Below, one piece after another: positions 24,081-38,291 of a stretch of DNA of 64,000 nucleotides. Source of the stretch: Octopus sinensis (taxonomy: Eukaryota); the NCBI RefSeq assembly GCF_006345805.1, contig NC_043009.1, positions 66,774,001-66,838,000 of the forward strand, read 5' to 3'. The position numbers and the translations under genes are program-made. The notes below the pieces were generated by a model that had not been told where the DNA came from, ran no database searches, and saw only the letters and a list, made by a program, of their open reading frames with translations. Position 1 is the stretch's first letter; every line of letters begins with the position of its first letter.

Positions 24081-26509
24081 TGGTGGGAAGGTGGAGAGGA
24101 GGAAGAGGAGGAGGACGAGGAGGACGAGGAAGACGAGGAGTTGGAAGAGGAGGAGGTGGAGCAGCAGCAGCAGCAGCTGCTGCAGCAGTTGCAGCAGCAT
24201 AGCAGCATCGGCGGCAGCGGCGGTGGTTTGAGAGGAAAGTTTAACAGCAAACTAGGACGAACCAGAATAAAAGATTGTAAAGTATAGCCGAAGTCTGTTG
24301 GTGAGTCTGTTTTCAATATGTCTAAGCTTTCAAATAAGTCGAGACAAATAGATTCCAAGTGTCTGATAGAGAAAACTAAAAGCATAAGAGATGCAAGGTC
24401 AAGGTCTGCTGATGGGGTTTTAACGAGAATATGGATGTTATATTTTAGATAATGTCTCCAAAAGCCGAAGCTAGTAAGTACTAACACTACAAGAGAGTAA
24501 AAAAAAAGACAAAGCAAAATGAGAAGAAAAATGATAAACTTCTTTTGAGGAATCATGTGTCGTCTGCAAGAAAGAAGTGGATGTTCGCAGAAGTAGTGTT
24601 ACAATATAAATAATAATGTTTAATATAAACAGAGTGATTGGAAAAAATACATTAGCCAGATATTTCAATGCGACTTGGCTTGATGTAACCGAGCGACTGG
24701 AAAAATATTTTCGAGTCATCGTTAACTGTAACATAGCCTTAAGTAGAAATGATTTGTAAGACATTGTGAGAGGAACAATTTTCTTACACCATATTCGTAG
24801 CGGTGGAGAAAAGGATTTCGTGAAATTTAATAGGGATATTTGTAACACAATATCAATACACGACCTACGTCTATTTTATTACTTGTGTAAATTAATGTGG
24901 ACAGTGAAAAGCAGGGCTAAACTAAAATAATTATTGCCAAAATTTACCAATATCAATTGATGAGATAGCGGGGTTTTAACGAGGATATAAAAAATGTGCC
25001 TGATTTTTTTGAGAGGTCAAAATAAATAAGATTCGTGTCTAATAGAGGAAAACAGGGGAAAGATGAGAATAAAATTACTTGCCTACTAACAAGGCCTTCT
25101 GGTATGAATGTTTGTATTTTTGTATTCTTCAGTATTGCTGAATACAAAAAATGTTATTGCAATGATGATGTTTATTACTTTGATACGGTCGGACTCTTTT
25201 GTACAATCAATTTTATTTCTGAAAAGATACAGAAATGGGTGGAACAATTCCACTATTTTCAGATACTACCTTGCTGGTAAAAGCATTCGTGTGTGTGTGT
25301 CTGTGTGTGTGTGTGTGTCTGTGTGTTTGTGTAAATGGTACAAAAATATAACAAATAAATATAGAATGTATTAGATTCACGCTTACAAAATAGGAAAGAA
25401 TAAGGAAATGCCTTTTATGCTTCGAGTACAGACTCTTCTTCTGAAAGAGGAAAAGAAAATTGGATGACAAAAATGTACGTGCATACAACCGTCACGATGT
25501 GCTAAAATGACCGGAAGAGGGGGTGGAGGTCGTTTTAGTTGTAAGGGTGTGGGGCAACTGTGAACCTGGCATATGTATCTGTGTACATTCATGCGGGTAT
25601 GTATGTGTGGTAGCATTTGTGTGTGTGTATAGTGCTGGATTTTTTGTTGTACGGTGAAGTGTAGTTGTATATGTTATATAGTATGTGTTATATTTAGGAA
25701 ACCGTGGCAATGTACCTGGGTGGAGCCTTACGTATGTGTATACCAAGTGGAAACAGTGTGGTTAACTGAAAAGAGTTTGGTATTTTAAGCCGTTATGGTT
25801 CGAAGTCGGGAAAGAAACAAAATTAATTCTTGCTCCAGATGGAGACTGGAGTTCGTGGGCCTCTGAACAAGGCTAGTCTGGCCACATATGTTGAAGGGCC
25901 AAACGGTCATCCAGGCATCAGTTTATGGTCATATATCAATGACCATAAACCCAGAGCCACCGAAAAAAGAATGCTGTTTGTTATTCCATATCCGATAGGG
26001 TTCGGCAACAAACGGGTAGAATTTGCTTATTTTTCTGCCTTGGTGCCATCAGAAAGACATTCTTCCTCAGTCTATTACTTGCCAAAGTCCGTCAGCATAA
26101 AGTCATAGCCACTTCAGTTGTTTCCTCGGGTATCGCTGTCGCTCTTCTTCCTGGGAATCATACAAAGCTTTCTTCTTCCAGTCTCCTAATGTACAGAGAC
26201 ATAAATGAGGCACTTATTTTCAAAATTGCCTTGAATTTGGGAAACGGACAAATTCTTAAGAGATGCCAAACGATTGATTGGGATGAATGTAAGAGCTCTG
26301 GGAATCTAGACATGACATTGCAGGAATTGAAGCACAATAGAAATCAAATAGTAAGAGCAGCCTTTAAACTATCCACAAGCATGAGAATCAATCTCTTTCG
26401 AAATCACTTTTCTGGTCTTTTTTGTCAAATTTGTCCCAATTTCGAAAGTAATGGCACCATGGACGTAGTTCCTACAAAACGCAGAAACTAAGGGTACGGA
26501 TGATTTAAA

Positions 26510-26540
<31 letters not shown>

Positions 26541-26626
26541 TATATATATATACATACATACATACATGCATGCATGCATACATACATACATACATACATA
26601 CATACATACATACATACATACATACA

Positions 26627-26658
<32 letters not shown>

Positions 26659-26997
26659 CACAAATACATCCACGCACAACCGCACATAAATTCTGAAATG
26701 TTAAAGTTTCTGAAGTACGAATACCTTTGGAAGAAGCGTTTCCAATGTTTGGAACAGATGTTTTCTGCGAAGAGACAAAGTGTTTCCAACGTCCTTAGAA
26801 CAACGACCTTCATAATACTGTGGAGAATGTCAGAAATGATTTCACACTCGAGAAAACAACAAATAAAGCCGCCTAAAACTCGCCCTCATAACATCCTGTT
26901 CTTTCGTGTCGAGGTGAACGTTCGATCTCAGCTTCCAAATAACGAGCGAACTGGTTTTCCTATGGGTTTTATACATAAAGCGTGTATAAAACCCATA

Positions 26998-27168
26998 GGT
27001 GCAGGAGGGGCTGTGTGGTAAGTAGCTTGCTAACCAACCTCATGGTTCCGGGTTCAGTCCCACTGCGTGGCACCTTGGGCAAGTGTCTTCTGCTATAGCC
27101 CCGGGCCGACCAATGCCTTGTGAGTGGATTTGGTAGATGGAAACTGAAAGAAGCCTGTCGTATATATG

Positions 27169-27199
<31 letters not shown>

Positions 27200-27410
27200 C
27201 TGTGTTTGTCCCCCTAGCATTGCTTGACAACCGATGCTGGTGTGTTTACGTCCCCGTCACTTAGCGGTTCGGCAAAAGAGACCGATAGAATAAGTACTGG
27301 GCTTACAAAGAATAAGTCCCGTGGTCGATTTGCTCGACTAAAGGCGGTGCTCCAGCATGGCCGCAGTCAAATAACGGAAACATGTAAAAGAGTAAAAGAG
27401 TAAAGAGTAT
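26998..27410 (+). mobile_element. Family A tRNA-derived SINE, full length
   Basis: GGCTGTGTGGTAAGTAGCTTGC...GGTTCAGTCCCACTGCGTGGCACCTTGGGCAAGTGTCTT (CORE-like motif), internal (TA)(TG) tract, tail GGCGGTGCTCCAGCATGGCCGCAGTC...(GTAAAAGA)n. Confidence 0.95.
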
Positions 27411-27722
27411 AACAATTTTTTTGCTTTTCTTTTAATATTTTTATTTTCATTTCTTTCTTATTTATTAATATTGTGTCCGTGCGTGAGTGCAAGTGAGAAT
27501 GCGAACTTTAGCGCAATTTCTGAGGTCCGTGTGTGTTTCACAACACGTATATATATGTGTGTGTGTGTGAGCTGATGAACGTGTACGTATGTGCGTTTAT
27601 GAGTGAATGTGTGTGCGTGCATGCAGATGAGAACATTCCATCCGTTAGCACAGCTTGTATTGTTCGTGTGTGTTTTATGTCTTTACGTGTGTGTGCGTGC
27701 GTGAGAGTATGAGTATGCATCT

Positions 27723-27759
<37 letters not shown>

Positions 27760-28666
27760 CGTGCGTAAGTGTATATTTGTGTTTCAGTAATCTTGTGTGC
27801 ATGTTTACGTGTATGTGTGTGTGTATGTCTATGCCCCTAATATCCATCTATATGTTTGTGTGTTTGTAGCGATGGGCTGTGAGAATCTGCTGCTGACAAC
27901 CTTTTGATTGCAGTCAATGACCTGGCCAAACAATCGTATTCTCCCCTCTTTCTTAACTCGGACATTTCTTCCATTCAAAACCTCACCGCCTCCTTTGCGG
28001 CTTTATTTCTCTCTCTCTCTTCCCAACTCGCAATCTCCCAAATTTTCGTATCCCCTTTGTTTCAACACTGTTTTATTCCTGGCCACTCTTATTTTCTATC
28101 GTTCTCTTCTGTTTCAACCATTAGCCATTGTTCATATCTGTTGATCAGGTTTCACTCAGATATTGTCCGTGCATGCATAAATCCCAGGTTCTCCATTACT
28201 TAGATCGCTCACCTGGATATCAACTAAAATAGATTTCCAATTTCTCTCCCTCCCCAACTCCTCCGAATACATACCACTTCTCCTCCCAGTCCTCGAACTC
28301 CTCCAACTACCACCAACTCTTCCGCTATATCCGTTTCTGCTTTATGGACATCTAACTCGTTTTACCCTTCTCCGAAGTCAACAACCTTAATGGCTTCAAC
28401 GCCCACAACACTTCTTGGTTCCCACACTCACACGGATGACCACGGTGCAGAAAACGAATTTTTCACACTCCTTAATTTTGCACAAAAACCAATTTTATAT
28501 TTCCCATGCATCTGTTGGGTCGTCGGAGCATTTTCATACTTGGATTGTCCATCACATATCCAGATACTACACAAAGCAACCGACCCGTCGGACACTAAAA
28601 GTTCAAATCAGCTGCTTGTTCGGAGTTCCACAATATCTGTAGCAACTTCATACATATGGCAATACG

Positions 28667-28898
28667 TATTTCTTTGCTACCCACAAGGGGCTCTACACAG
28701 AGAGGACAAACAAGGACAGACAAACGGATTAAGTCGATTATATCGACCCCACTGCGTAACTGGTACTTATTTAATCGACTCCGAAAGGATGAAAGGCAAA
28801 GTCGACCTCGGCGGAATTTGAACTCAGAACGTAACGGCAGACGAAATACGGCTACGCATTTCGCCCGGCGTGCTAACGTTTCTGCCAGCTCACCGCCT
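28667..28898 (-). mobile_element. Family B SINE, full length with target-site duplication
   Basis: 16-bp TSD TACATATGGCAATACG (28651-28666) and TACACATGGCAATACG (28899-28914), one mismatch. Confidence 0.95.
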
Positions 28899-29639
28899 TA
28901 CACATGGCAATACGCATGCTTTATCTTAATGTATCAGAAACAACTAAACGAGTGACTGAGAGGTGGTGGTGGTGGTGGTGGTGGTGTTGGAGGTGATACC
29001 AACACGTCGCTTCGACTCGTAAATTTGTTTATATGTTCAATGCTCGTTCGTTTCTTAAAAGTTTGTTATATAACATTTATTTAAGCAAATCAGGTTTTGG
29101 GCTGGTTGTCTCTTTTGCTGCTTATTCCTTTGGGTCTCAAATTTGTAAAAGATTTCTTCAAATTTATTTGCAAACATGGTGTCGGGTTCCACAAGAGAAG
29201 TGGCAGGTGACTCACAAAGAAAGGTGCAGCACATGAAACGGGGAGGAGAACGATTCTCAAGCGTTGTGAGTTCAAAGTCCAAGTAATTATGCCTCTGCTA
29301 CAGCAGCAAACAATAGAACAGGAAAACAACAACTACTACATTAATAAAAGCAACAACAACAGTAGCAGCAGCGGCAGCAACGGTTACCAAGATGTCATTC
29401 TGCTCCTGGAGGGGGAGGTGTGTTAACATCGTTGAAAGTTCAAACTTCAAAAAGTTGCAAACATTAGTATGACGGTAAACGACATTAGTAGTAAAAAAAA
29501 ACGACAACATTAACAACAACAAAGACAACAAAAACGATAGCAAGGATGAAAGCAATAACACCAGAAAAACCCCAACCAAAACAGCACTAACAGCAACAAT
29601 AATTGTAACAACATTAACGTTTTCTTTGTTGGTGTAGTC

Positions 29640-30230
29640 TCCTCCCCACGGGAACTATACAGTCTACTCCAAGAAGACAAGAGGACCAAATTACAGGACG
29701 CTGCTAGATTTATGAAAATTGAGGGGAAAACGATAGAGCTTAGGCCTTCTCCTGAAACAAGCTGTAACTACTAGAGCGACTGTTGAATCCTTGCAGGAGT
29801 TTTAATAGCTTGTCACTGGAGACGGCTACGAAAGTGCATGTAGAAATGGGTCCTTGCGATGTATGGCAGGGCATCGAACACATATCAAGGTAGTTCGGTG
29901 GTGTCGATGTTCTATTTAAGACCGAGACGCTAGCAGTATAACACTCAGTGGTCACTCGGCCTAATTATTTGGGAAGACGAGCAGTAAAAGTAACAATGAC
30001 AGGGTTGCTTTCAGAATTAGACCTCTGGTGGATATTGGCATGTATAGTGTTGTAGGGAAGCGTAACATGACTGGATGTGACTAGAACGATGAGGTTTGGC
30101 ACTAGGGTGAACTCCTTTCTCCATGTAAAACTTGAGTATATGGAAAATATCCCAAACATCAAATACAACATACCATTTGAAGTAATCCATAGGCCAAAAA
30201 TGGTTTGCTATCCCCCTATGGAGTATGTTC
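29640..30230 (+). pseudogene. Possible decayed gag/ORF1-like fragment of a non-LTR element
   Basis: Interrupted frames LYSLLQEDKRTKLQDAARFMKIEGKTIELRP and LGRRAVKVTMTGLLSELDLWWILACI. Resemblance to ORF1 proteins is from memory only. Confidence 0.2.
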
Positions 30231-30379
30231 TTCTGGTTTAGCATATATCAGTTAAAGGTTTTAGCGCAAAATAAAAGGAACTGAAAGATAATGTGGTTTG
30301 ATTTTGTACACTTGATACTTGTGTCGTTATCTGCAGAACATTTTTCATTTACTTATTTACTTCGTCTGTATATTATAAC

Positions 30380-30570
<191 letters not shown>

Positions 30571-32003
30571 ACTAATGCTTCCAGAACCCACGTTTATGGC
30601 ATGATATCTAAGCCACCTGGTAACCAGCATATGCTATACTCAAACCCTTGTTTCTCATTCTACAGTCTTTGATAATGGCCTGATTGATCAGTAATTGATT
30701 CTTTGCGGTCATAGAACCTTAGCAACACCCTTATACTCTTCGAGAAATTTGTTAATCTGTCCAAATATTTATTTTTCCTCTCTTTGTTATTGCAGTTAAG
30801 GATTAGGGAGCTGCAGAAAAGAGGTTCTGAGTCATTAGGATTTAATGTTTACTGATTCTTTAGTCATGGAAACGAAGATGGTTTCCTCTTCAGGTGTTGT
30901 GTCTGCTTCCAATCCTGTGTTCGTTGATATGAAGAATCTTGTTCGTGGTGGATTTCTGTTTTCTTTTTACCAAGCTCTTGAAACAAATGCTGTCATTTTT
31001 CATACCAACAGAATATGATTTAACAAAGATCTCTTTTCTCAGCCGTTCTTTGATTTCGGATTTTCTTTCTACGTTGTAGTTCAGTAGTGTTTGTCTCTAC
31101 TCTCGTTCTGTTATTGAGTTCATTAAAGAGTGAGAGTCAAGTATCTCTCGTTTTCTCTATCTTTCTCTGTATATTTCATCACCATTTTGTTTTCTTGGGT
31201 TTGGGCATACCTCCTCCTCCTTCTCCTGTATATGTAGATCAAAGGGAGTAATCCCTGCTTTCTTTCGGAGCAACAATGGCAGCTACATGTACAATGTTAA
31301 TTTGATTACATTGGCGTTCGTGTTCGTTTTCATTAAGTCCTTCCTAGCCTCGCCATTTTTATTGTTGTTGCTTCATTTGTCTAGCTTTGTTATCTTTGCT
31401 CAATACATTCGTCGGTCCACAGGAATAGTTATTTTGCTTTAATTGTTTTCACCTTACGATTGTCATGTTCATGTTTGCAGCTTTATAATCACCAATTCTT
31501 GAATATTCTTCATATTCCATTTTATTTATATTTTTCTTTGAGCTGTATAGGTTTCTTTTCTTTTTTCTTAACCAATATTCCGCAGTTTTTCTGGAGTTTG
31601 TTTTATTATTGGTTTCGTTTTTGGATTTGTTTTCCATTTTTTATTTATTTATCTTTTACACGTGTTATTCCTATCCTCGGGATATGTTTCCTCATAGTTT
31701 CTATGTTTGATACTTCTTGTATTTTCATTATGCGTTCTTTCAATTCTTGTATTTCGATTCCTGATTCTTTTTGACTTTGGTAAAGCATCTTGGTATATTA
31801 CTTAATCTGTGGAGATCCAATATTACGTTCAGATCCGGGTTATTTGCCCTTCAAATTTTACACAAGTGCAATTACCGAAGTATAAACTACGCATACTTTC
31901 TTGGTCACGTTTTAAGCAATCTTCATCATTTAACCTCATCATTACCATCATATTTACCATTCAATTCGAGACAGACTTCACAATTCCTCTCCTGTGTTAC
32001 CAC

Positions 32004-32205
32004 TCTTTTACTCTTTTACTTGTTTCAGTCATTTGACTGCGGCCATGCTGGAGCACCGCCTTTAGTCGAGAAAATCGACACTAGTACTTATTCTATCGGT
32101 CTCTTTTGCCGAACCACTAAGTTACGGGGACGTAAACACACCAACATCGATTGTCAAGCGATGTTGGGGGAACAAACACAGACACAAACATATACACACA
32201 CACAT

Positions 32206-32265
<60 letters not shown>

Positions 32266-32427
32266 GATGGGCTTCTTTCAGTTTCCATCTACCAAATCCA
32301 CTCACAAGGCATTGGTCGGCCCGAGGCTATTGTAGAAGACACTTGCCCAAGGTGCCACGCAGTGGGAATGAACCCGGAACCATATGGTTGGGAAGTAAGC
32401 TACTTACCACACAGCTACTCCTGCGAC
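32004..32427 (-). mobile_element. Family A SINE, full length
   Basis: Reverse complement of 26998-27410, including the internal CA/TA tract. Confidence 0.95.
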
Positions 32428-33402
32428 TATAAGATAAGATTTCGCACACATCCCCAGTTGCTGAAGGTGTTATTCAGATAGAAGAGCATACGGCTTTTCC
32501 TAGCAACCAATCAAGAACCTCCAATGACGATAACTCAATTTTAAACTAAAGCACCACCCGGCAAATCGTATTATTTGTTTATAAAATGAGTGATTAAGTT
32601 CCATAAATTTTATTTAGCTTTGGAAGTGTTTCCCCTGAAGTGTTTTGCATCCTTCGTGGAAACCGAATGTAAAAATCATTGAACAATTTTGAAGTCTTAC
32701 AGAAAACATCCATAACTCTCAGCCATAAAAGAAATGGCTCTAAGCTATAAAAGAGATGGCTCTCGGCCATAAAAGAGAACTGGCTCAATGGCATCACAAA
32801 CGAAGACGGTTTTTAACGGATCGGCTTAAAACACGCGTAGAATATTTTAAAGAAATTTACATACATACAAATGTTAACGTGTTTATATTTTTAGATTAGA
32901 ACGTGTTGAAAAGTGTATTTGAATGTACTCGTGCGTATTTGCGCAATTATTTATGTACATATGCGATTGCACATATTTAGTGCACGTTGTGTACGACAGG
33001 TGCAAGGATATATACATGTGTGCACAGACACATGAGATGTGTATGGTAGGGTTTTGGTTGAATTTGAGTGTCGGTGATACTGTTACGCGCAAGTATGCGA
33101 ATCTAATAATTCCATCTTTGTTGTTAATTTTCCTTGCAGGGATCTACCCTGTACCGGATTTATGCAAAGTTCCCGGATTATTGCTGAAGTCATATCGCGC
33201 TAACACTAGATATGTGTTGTCAGAAGAGAAGAGTAGATTCTGTTCGCCATCTTGTCACAGCTTTTCTTTCTTTTTTTTCTTTTTTCTTTCTTTTTTTTCT
33301 TTTTTTTTTCACTTTTCAATCCAAAATGGTTGACAAAGCGGGGACGTCAGCACGCCTGGAAAATTTTGGTTTCAGCTAATTGCTTTCAGCTGACTGAATT
33401 AA

Positions 33403-33490
<88 letters not shown>

Positions 33491-33611
33491 CATACATACA
33501 TACACGCAAATATGTGATGTTGTAATACATTTATACATTATTTTATAAGCATATATACATATACATGTATGTATGCACGAATGTATAGGCGTGCGTCTGT
33601 GTGTGTGTGTG

Positions 33612-33697
<86 letters not shown>

Positions 33698-34345
33698 CGC
33701 GTGTGTTACTTCCCTGTCGTTAAATTGCTTAATTGTCTGATCTATTAAGAAGCTGTCAAAATCAAAATATGTCTGTACTGCTTGCTCTCAGTTGTACAGG
33801 TGGTGGCGCTGCTAGCGACACTTTAAATGCTCATGGCGGTTTGTGTGGTAGGGGGTTCTTTTCTATAGTAATAGCAACAGCAGCAGCATCAGCAGTAGTA
33901 GCAATAATAGTAGTAGTAACAGTTGTAGTAATAGTAGTAGTAGTAGTAGTTAATTTTATGTTACTTTTTACTATTAAATATCTTTATTAAATGATAGCTT
34001 GAATGTTCAGTCTGAGTTCTGTATTTTAATTATTGGTAATTTGCATGCAAAGATTATGTTTGGGAGCTTGTATTCTCCTAATTGCATTCGCCAATGGCTT
34101 CCTACTTAAAACTGAAGTGTGATGTATCTTATCTTTCATATAGATTTATAATTACAGCAGTGGGCAAACTATTTCTCCTTTCTTTTCTCTTTCTATCTCT
34201 CACTTCCTCTCCTAACCACCGGGTTTCTATTTCAAAAGATGTATGTGCATACACACACAAAATATATATGTGCATACACACATATACGTATATATATATA
34301 AGTATAAATATATATATATATATCTATATAAAAGTATATATATAT

Positions 34346-34391
<46 letters not shown>

Positions 34392-34425
34392 TATATACAT
34401 ATATACATATATAAGTATATATATA

Positions 34426-34483
<58 letters not shown>

Positions 34484-34511
34484 AGTATATATATATATAG
34501 GTATATATATA

Positions 34512-34600
<89 letters not shown>

Positions 34601-34688
34601 GTATGTATACGAATATACACACATACATATAAATACACTTTTCGGTATTATCTTCCAAGAATACAGTTCTATATTTAAGATATGAGGA

Positions 34689-34735
34689 ATTATGAAGACT
34701 GGAAGGTATCTCAGCCGAAACGTTGCGTTAACAAC
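34689..34735 (+). ncRNA. Degenerate hammerhead motif
   Basis: ATTATGA-A-GACTG-GAAGGTATCT-CAGCC-GAAAC-GTTGC-GTT. GAAAC and stems II/III are recognisable, the CUGANGA core is damaged. Confidence 0.4.
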
Positions 34736-34949
34736 AAACAAGATGAGGAAAAATATCCTTCAAACGTAAATAATGTAAATAATATCTTCCAAGAATTTCG
34801 GGGCTTTATGTTCTCTGGTTATGCTCTGATAAGTCAGCATGTTCCAAGAGTCACTAATCAAATTATTTTCGTGAAAGTAATTAATAAATTACTGAAACCA
34901 TGCTTTCATTTATTGAATACCAAGCACTTTTATTATACAGATTGTTTTA

Positions 34950-35160
34950 AGGTGGCAACGTGAGCAGTTGTTAGGGGGTCGGAAGAAATTTATTTTTAGG
35001 TAGCTCTTTAAGTTCTGAATTTAAGCCCGGCCGATTTCAACATTCCGTTTCATTCTGGGAAGATCGATAAAAAAAGAAGTACCGGTCATGTACTGGGGTA
35101 GATATTAGCGACTATTCTCTTGTCCTGAAAACTTTTAGCCTTATCTCTAAATTAGAAACC
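34950..35160 (+). mobile_element. Family B SINE, highly degenerate
   Basis: AGTTCTGAATTTAAG...GATCGATAAAAAAAGAAGTACCGGTCATGTACTGGGGTAGAT. Confidence 0.55.
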
Positions 35161-35229
35161 ATTCTTTGGATCGAGATTTCCGCAGCGAAAAACATTCTTA
35201 TCGAAATGTGAGTATCATTCAATGCTTAT

Positions 35230-35620
35230 AGTGGAGGCGCAATGGCCCAGTGGTTAGGGCAGCGGACTCGCGGTCATAGGATCGTGGTTTCGATTCCCAG
35301 ACTGGGCGTTGTGAGTGTTTATTGAGCGAAAACATCTAAAGCTCCACGAGGCTCCGGCAGGGGATGGTGACGAACCCTGTTGTACTCTTTCACCACAACT
35401 TTCTCACTCTTTCTTCCTGTTTCTGTTGTACCTGTATTTCAAGGGGCCGGCCTTGCCACTCTCTGTGTCACGCTGAATATCTCCGAGAACTACGTTAAGG
35501 GTACACGTGTCTGTGGAGTGCTCAGCCACTTACACGTTAATTTCACGAGCAGGCTGTTCCATTGATTCGGATCAACCGGAACCCTCGTCGTCGTAACCGA
35601 CGGAGTGCTTCCATCCATAC
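35230..35620 (+). mobile_element. Family C tRNA-derived SINE, full length (tail type X)
   Basis: GGAGGCGCAATGGCCCAGTGGTTAGGGCAGCGGACTCGCGGTC...GGTTTCGATTCCCAGAC; tail GTCTGTGGAGTGCTCAGCCACTT...GGAACCCTCGTCGTCGTAACCGACGGAGTG. Confidence 0.9.
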
Positions 35621-36748
35621 TATTGAAATATACGTGTATGTCAACACTTGTCCGAGTAGAGTATTTTATTTTCTTGTTTGTTTCGTTACTTCTTTTTCTC
35701 TTTCTTGAAACCACGTTTCTTGAAAAAAAATAATAGATTAAAAAATTTTGAATGATTTTTTTTTCTTAAGCTCCCATACTTAATTCATAAAAGAATGCTG
35801 ATTTCTTTACCTTTTCTCTTCTGAGGGAAAAAGTTACAGAGATGAAGATGCACGAAGTAAATAATTCTTTTTTTTTTTCTTCAGAATTGCAATCGTCTAT
35901 GTTTAAAACGTATAATTCAGAAACTGAGACTTTGAAAAAAAGTCTAAACCAAAAACGGGATTGTGATCAGTAAGATAATCTCAAAGAGAGAAAAGACGAA
36001 AAAGTAAAAAATAAAGGAATTGAAATTGTGTGACTTTTGGTGAGAATTAAAATACTCTTCTCTGTTGTTTAAAACATAGAAATCCGAAAAGAAAATATCT
36101 CCGGTTATCTCCCCTTCTATATAATGTCTTCTGAAATCCAATATTTTAGGGGCGATCACTTCCTCTATGGTTCATCGATCTTGGTCTCCTCAGCAGGTTT
36201 CGAACTCAGAAAGCAATAAAACGTAGCTAATTGTTCGATCTGCCAATTATTCTCCTCCCGGTTCTTGGTATACAGAATAATAAAAATATTATTATTATTA
36301 TTAATGATATGCAACAGAGACAGCTAAATATGCTTTAAGCATGTAAATGTATTAGAAATGGTTAATATACTTTCACACACAGTTTGACTTGTGTCAGAAG
36401 AATATTGATAAAGATCTTTCACATGTAGCCATTTCGTTATGCTAAGCAATGTCTCACTTGTGGCGAATGAATCCAAGGCTTATGTCCGTTTCAATCTGAT
36501 AGGAAAGATGATACGGCCGTTCAGTCCACCTCCGGAAACACCGATAGATTACATCAGATCGAGGCTTATATTGCTTTTTTTTTAAGTTTCTATTCCATTT
36601 ATCTTTCCGTATCAGCTTCCAAATCTTAATTTTCTCCTTCTCATGTTAAACACACAGCCACACACACACACTACATACTTGTTATGTCATTACATAACAC
36701 ACAGACACACGTTCATACACCATGCAGTTCCGATATATTTCTCTTGAC

Positions 36749-36970
36749 AAAGGCGGCGACCTGGCAGAACCGTTAGCACGTCGGGCGAAATACTTAGCAG
36801 CGTTCCTTCCAGCGCTTTACGTTCTGAGTTCAAATTACACCGAGATCAGATTTGCCTTTCAGCCTTTCGGGGTTGATAAAATAAGTACCAGTCAGGTACT
36901 GGAGTTGATCTAAATTGACTTGCCCCCTTCCGCTAAAATTACTGGCTTTGTGACCAGAATTAGAAAGAAT
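36749..36970 (+). mobile_element. Family B SINE
   Basis: AAGGCGGCGACCTGGCAGAACCGTTAGCACG...GTTCTGAGTTCAAATT...AAATAAGTACCAGTC...AAAATTACTGGCTTTGTG. Confidence 0.85.
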
Positions 36971-38260
36971 TTACTGAGTTCCAATGCTGTCTCTTTCGGG
37001 GATCGATCAAAAGGAAATATCACTCTTGTCATAACAAGGGCCGTTTGGTAAGTCGAATCTCCAACCGTATTTCAAATTCCATTTAGACTCTAGATTTACT
37101 CACATCCCTAACAATAAAAGGCATGAACGATACAGTGCACGCCATCTCTAAAGAAATCCTAAAATATCGGGTCTTTGTGCGTAGAACAAAAACCACTGAC
37201 AATATAATCTTCCGTGTCACCATACAATAATTAGTGGCAGCTTGTAATTAAAATACATTTCTCACTATAAGCTGATAATCCTTGGATTACGACTAACAAC
37301 CCACCCCACAAAAGCTTAATGACCAAGAAGTTAAACTGAATAGTGAAAAGAAATCGCACATGAAAGATTAGCATATTTCTAAACGGCACCTTAAACGCAA
37401 ATAAAATAATTGTCAGGAAGAACAGAGTCTTGAGTATAAGAAACGAGTATGCACCTAAAATGGCTGCCTGTTTTTAAATGAAAATAATTTACTGATATTA
37501 CTGAGATTTACTTGCATAGCGAGTGACTTGGTCTGAGATCGTGTGCTGGAACGAAAACAATTGCAGCGTGGAAGATGTTTATAAGCCATTTAAGAAACAC
37601 CCAAAATCCGTTAGATTCACTTCAACATTTAAATTTAATTTGTCAAAATATTTTCGTCGCTTTGAGACCGCGTCCTGTTCACTGAGAAAACTTCGTGCTG
37701 CAATTGTTAATTTACTGGTCTTGTTATCTGAATTTGACCCATCAATGTTTTGGATTGAGCGTTCCTTGCTGCTACTGTGAGGGAAGACAAAAATTATACA
37801 AAACTAAATGGGCTAACCCAAACATTATCCAATGCGCCCATTATTTAAGACAATATAGTGTGATTTAAGGAAGATTTGGCTGCTCTTTCTAGTAAGGCGA
37901 GAGGCAACATAAAAGCACTCTTCTTTATTCCCTGACAATGAAACTGGCTGCACTTAACGGTGTCGTTTGATAATTTTCCACTTACATATTCTGTTCCGTC
38001 TCACCTACCGGGAGTCTCATGAAACGTCAACTGACTGTCGGTAACCAAGAGTGATTTAGTCTTGCAGCTCGTCAGCACTGTTAAATAGACACGCTTGATT
38101 GGTTAACTTCGAAGTGTGACTAATGTTTTCGTATGTTTCGACAGAAATACAACACAGAAGGCTTAACTGCAGCTACTAAACAGATGCAACTAAAGTGGTT
38201 TCTAATTGATTCTTAAAAACTAGACTTCAAGAACGAAAATGCATTGAAGAGGTGAACAAT

Positions 38261-38291
<31 letters not shown>

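Noticed and set aside
23243-24556. 437-aa minus-strand ORF, the longest in the window
   Set aside because: It runs through the satellite and GAG/GCA repeats, which lack stops by construction; the unique N-terminal part has no motif I recognise.
24471-24848. Hydrophobic segment KYLANVFFPITLFILNIIIYIV resembling a Cys-loop receptor TM4
   Set aside because: No Cys-loop, TM1-3 or other receptor exons nearby; hydrophobic runs arise easily in T-rich DNA.
25921-25950. Perfect 12-bp hairpin GTTTATGGTCAT/ATGACCATAAAC
   Set aside because: Short and isolated, with no associated element or U-tract.
35230-35310. tRNA-like sequences (also at 6020, 40180-40255, 56560-56630 and the family A/B heads)
   Set aside because: They continue directly into SINE bodies and lack a complete acceptor stem, so they are SINE heads rather than tRNA genes.
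37104-37158. Isolated splice-like signals (this minus-strand 55-nt segment; also 12707-12730 minus, and plus-strand acceptors near 33140, 39311 and 39379)
   Set aside because: No consistent strand, phase chain or recognisable peptide; such signals are expected by chance without RNA evidence.
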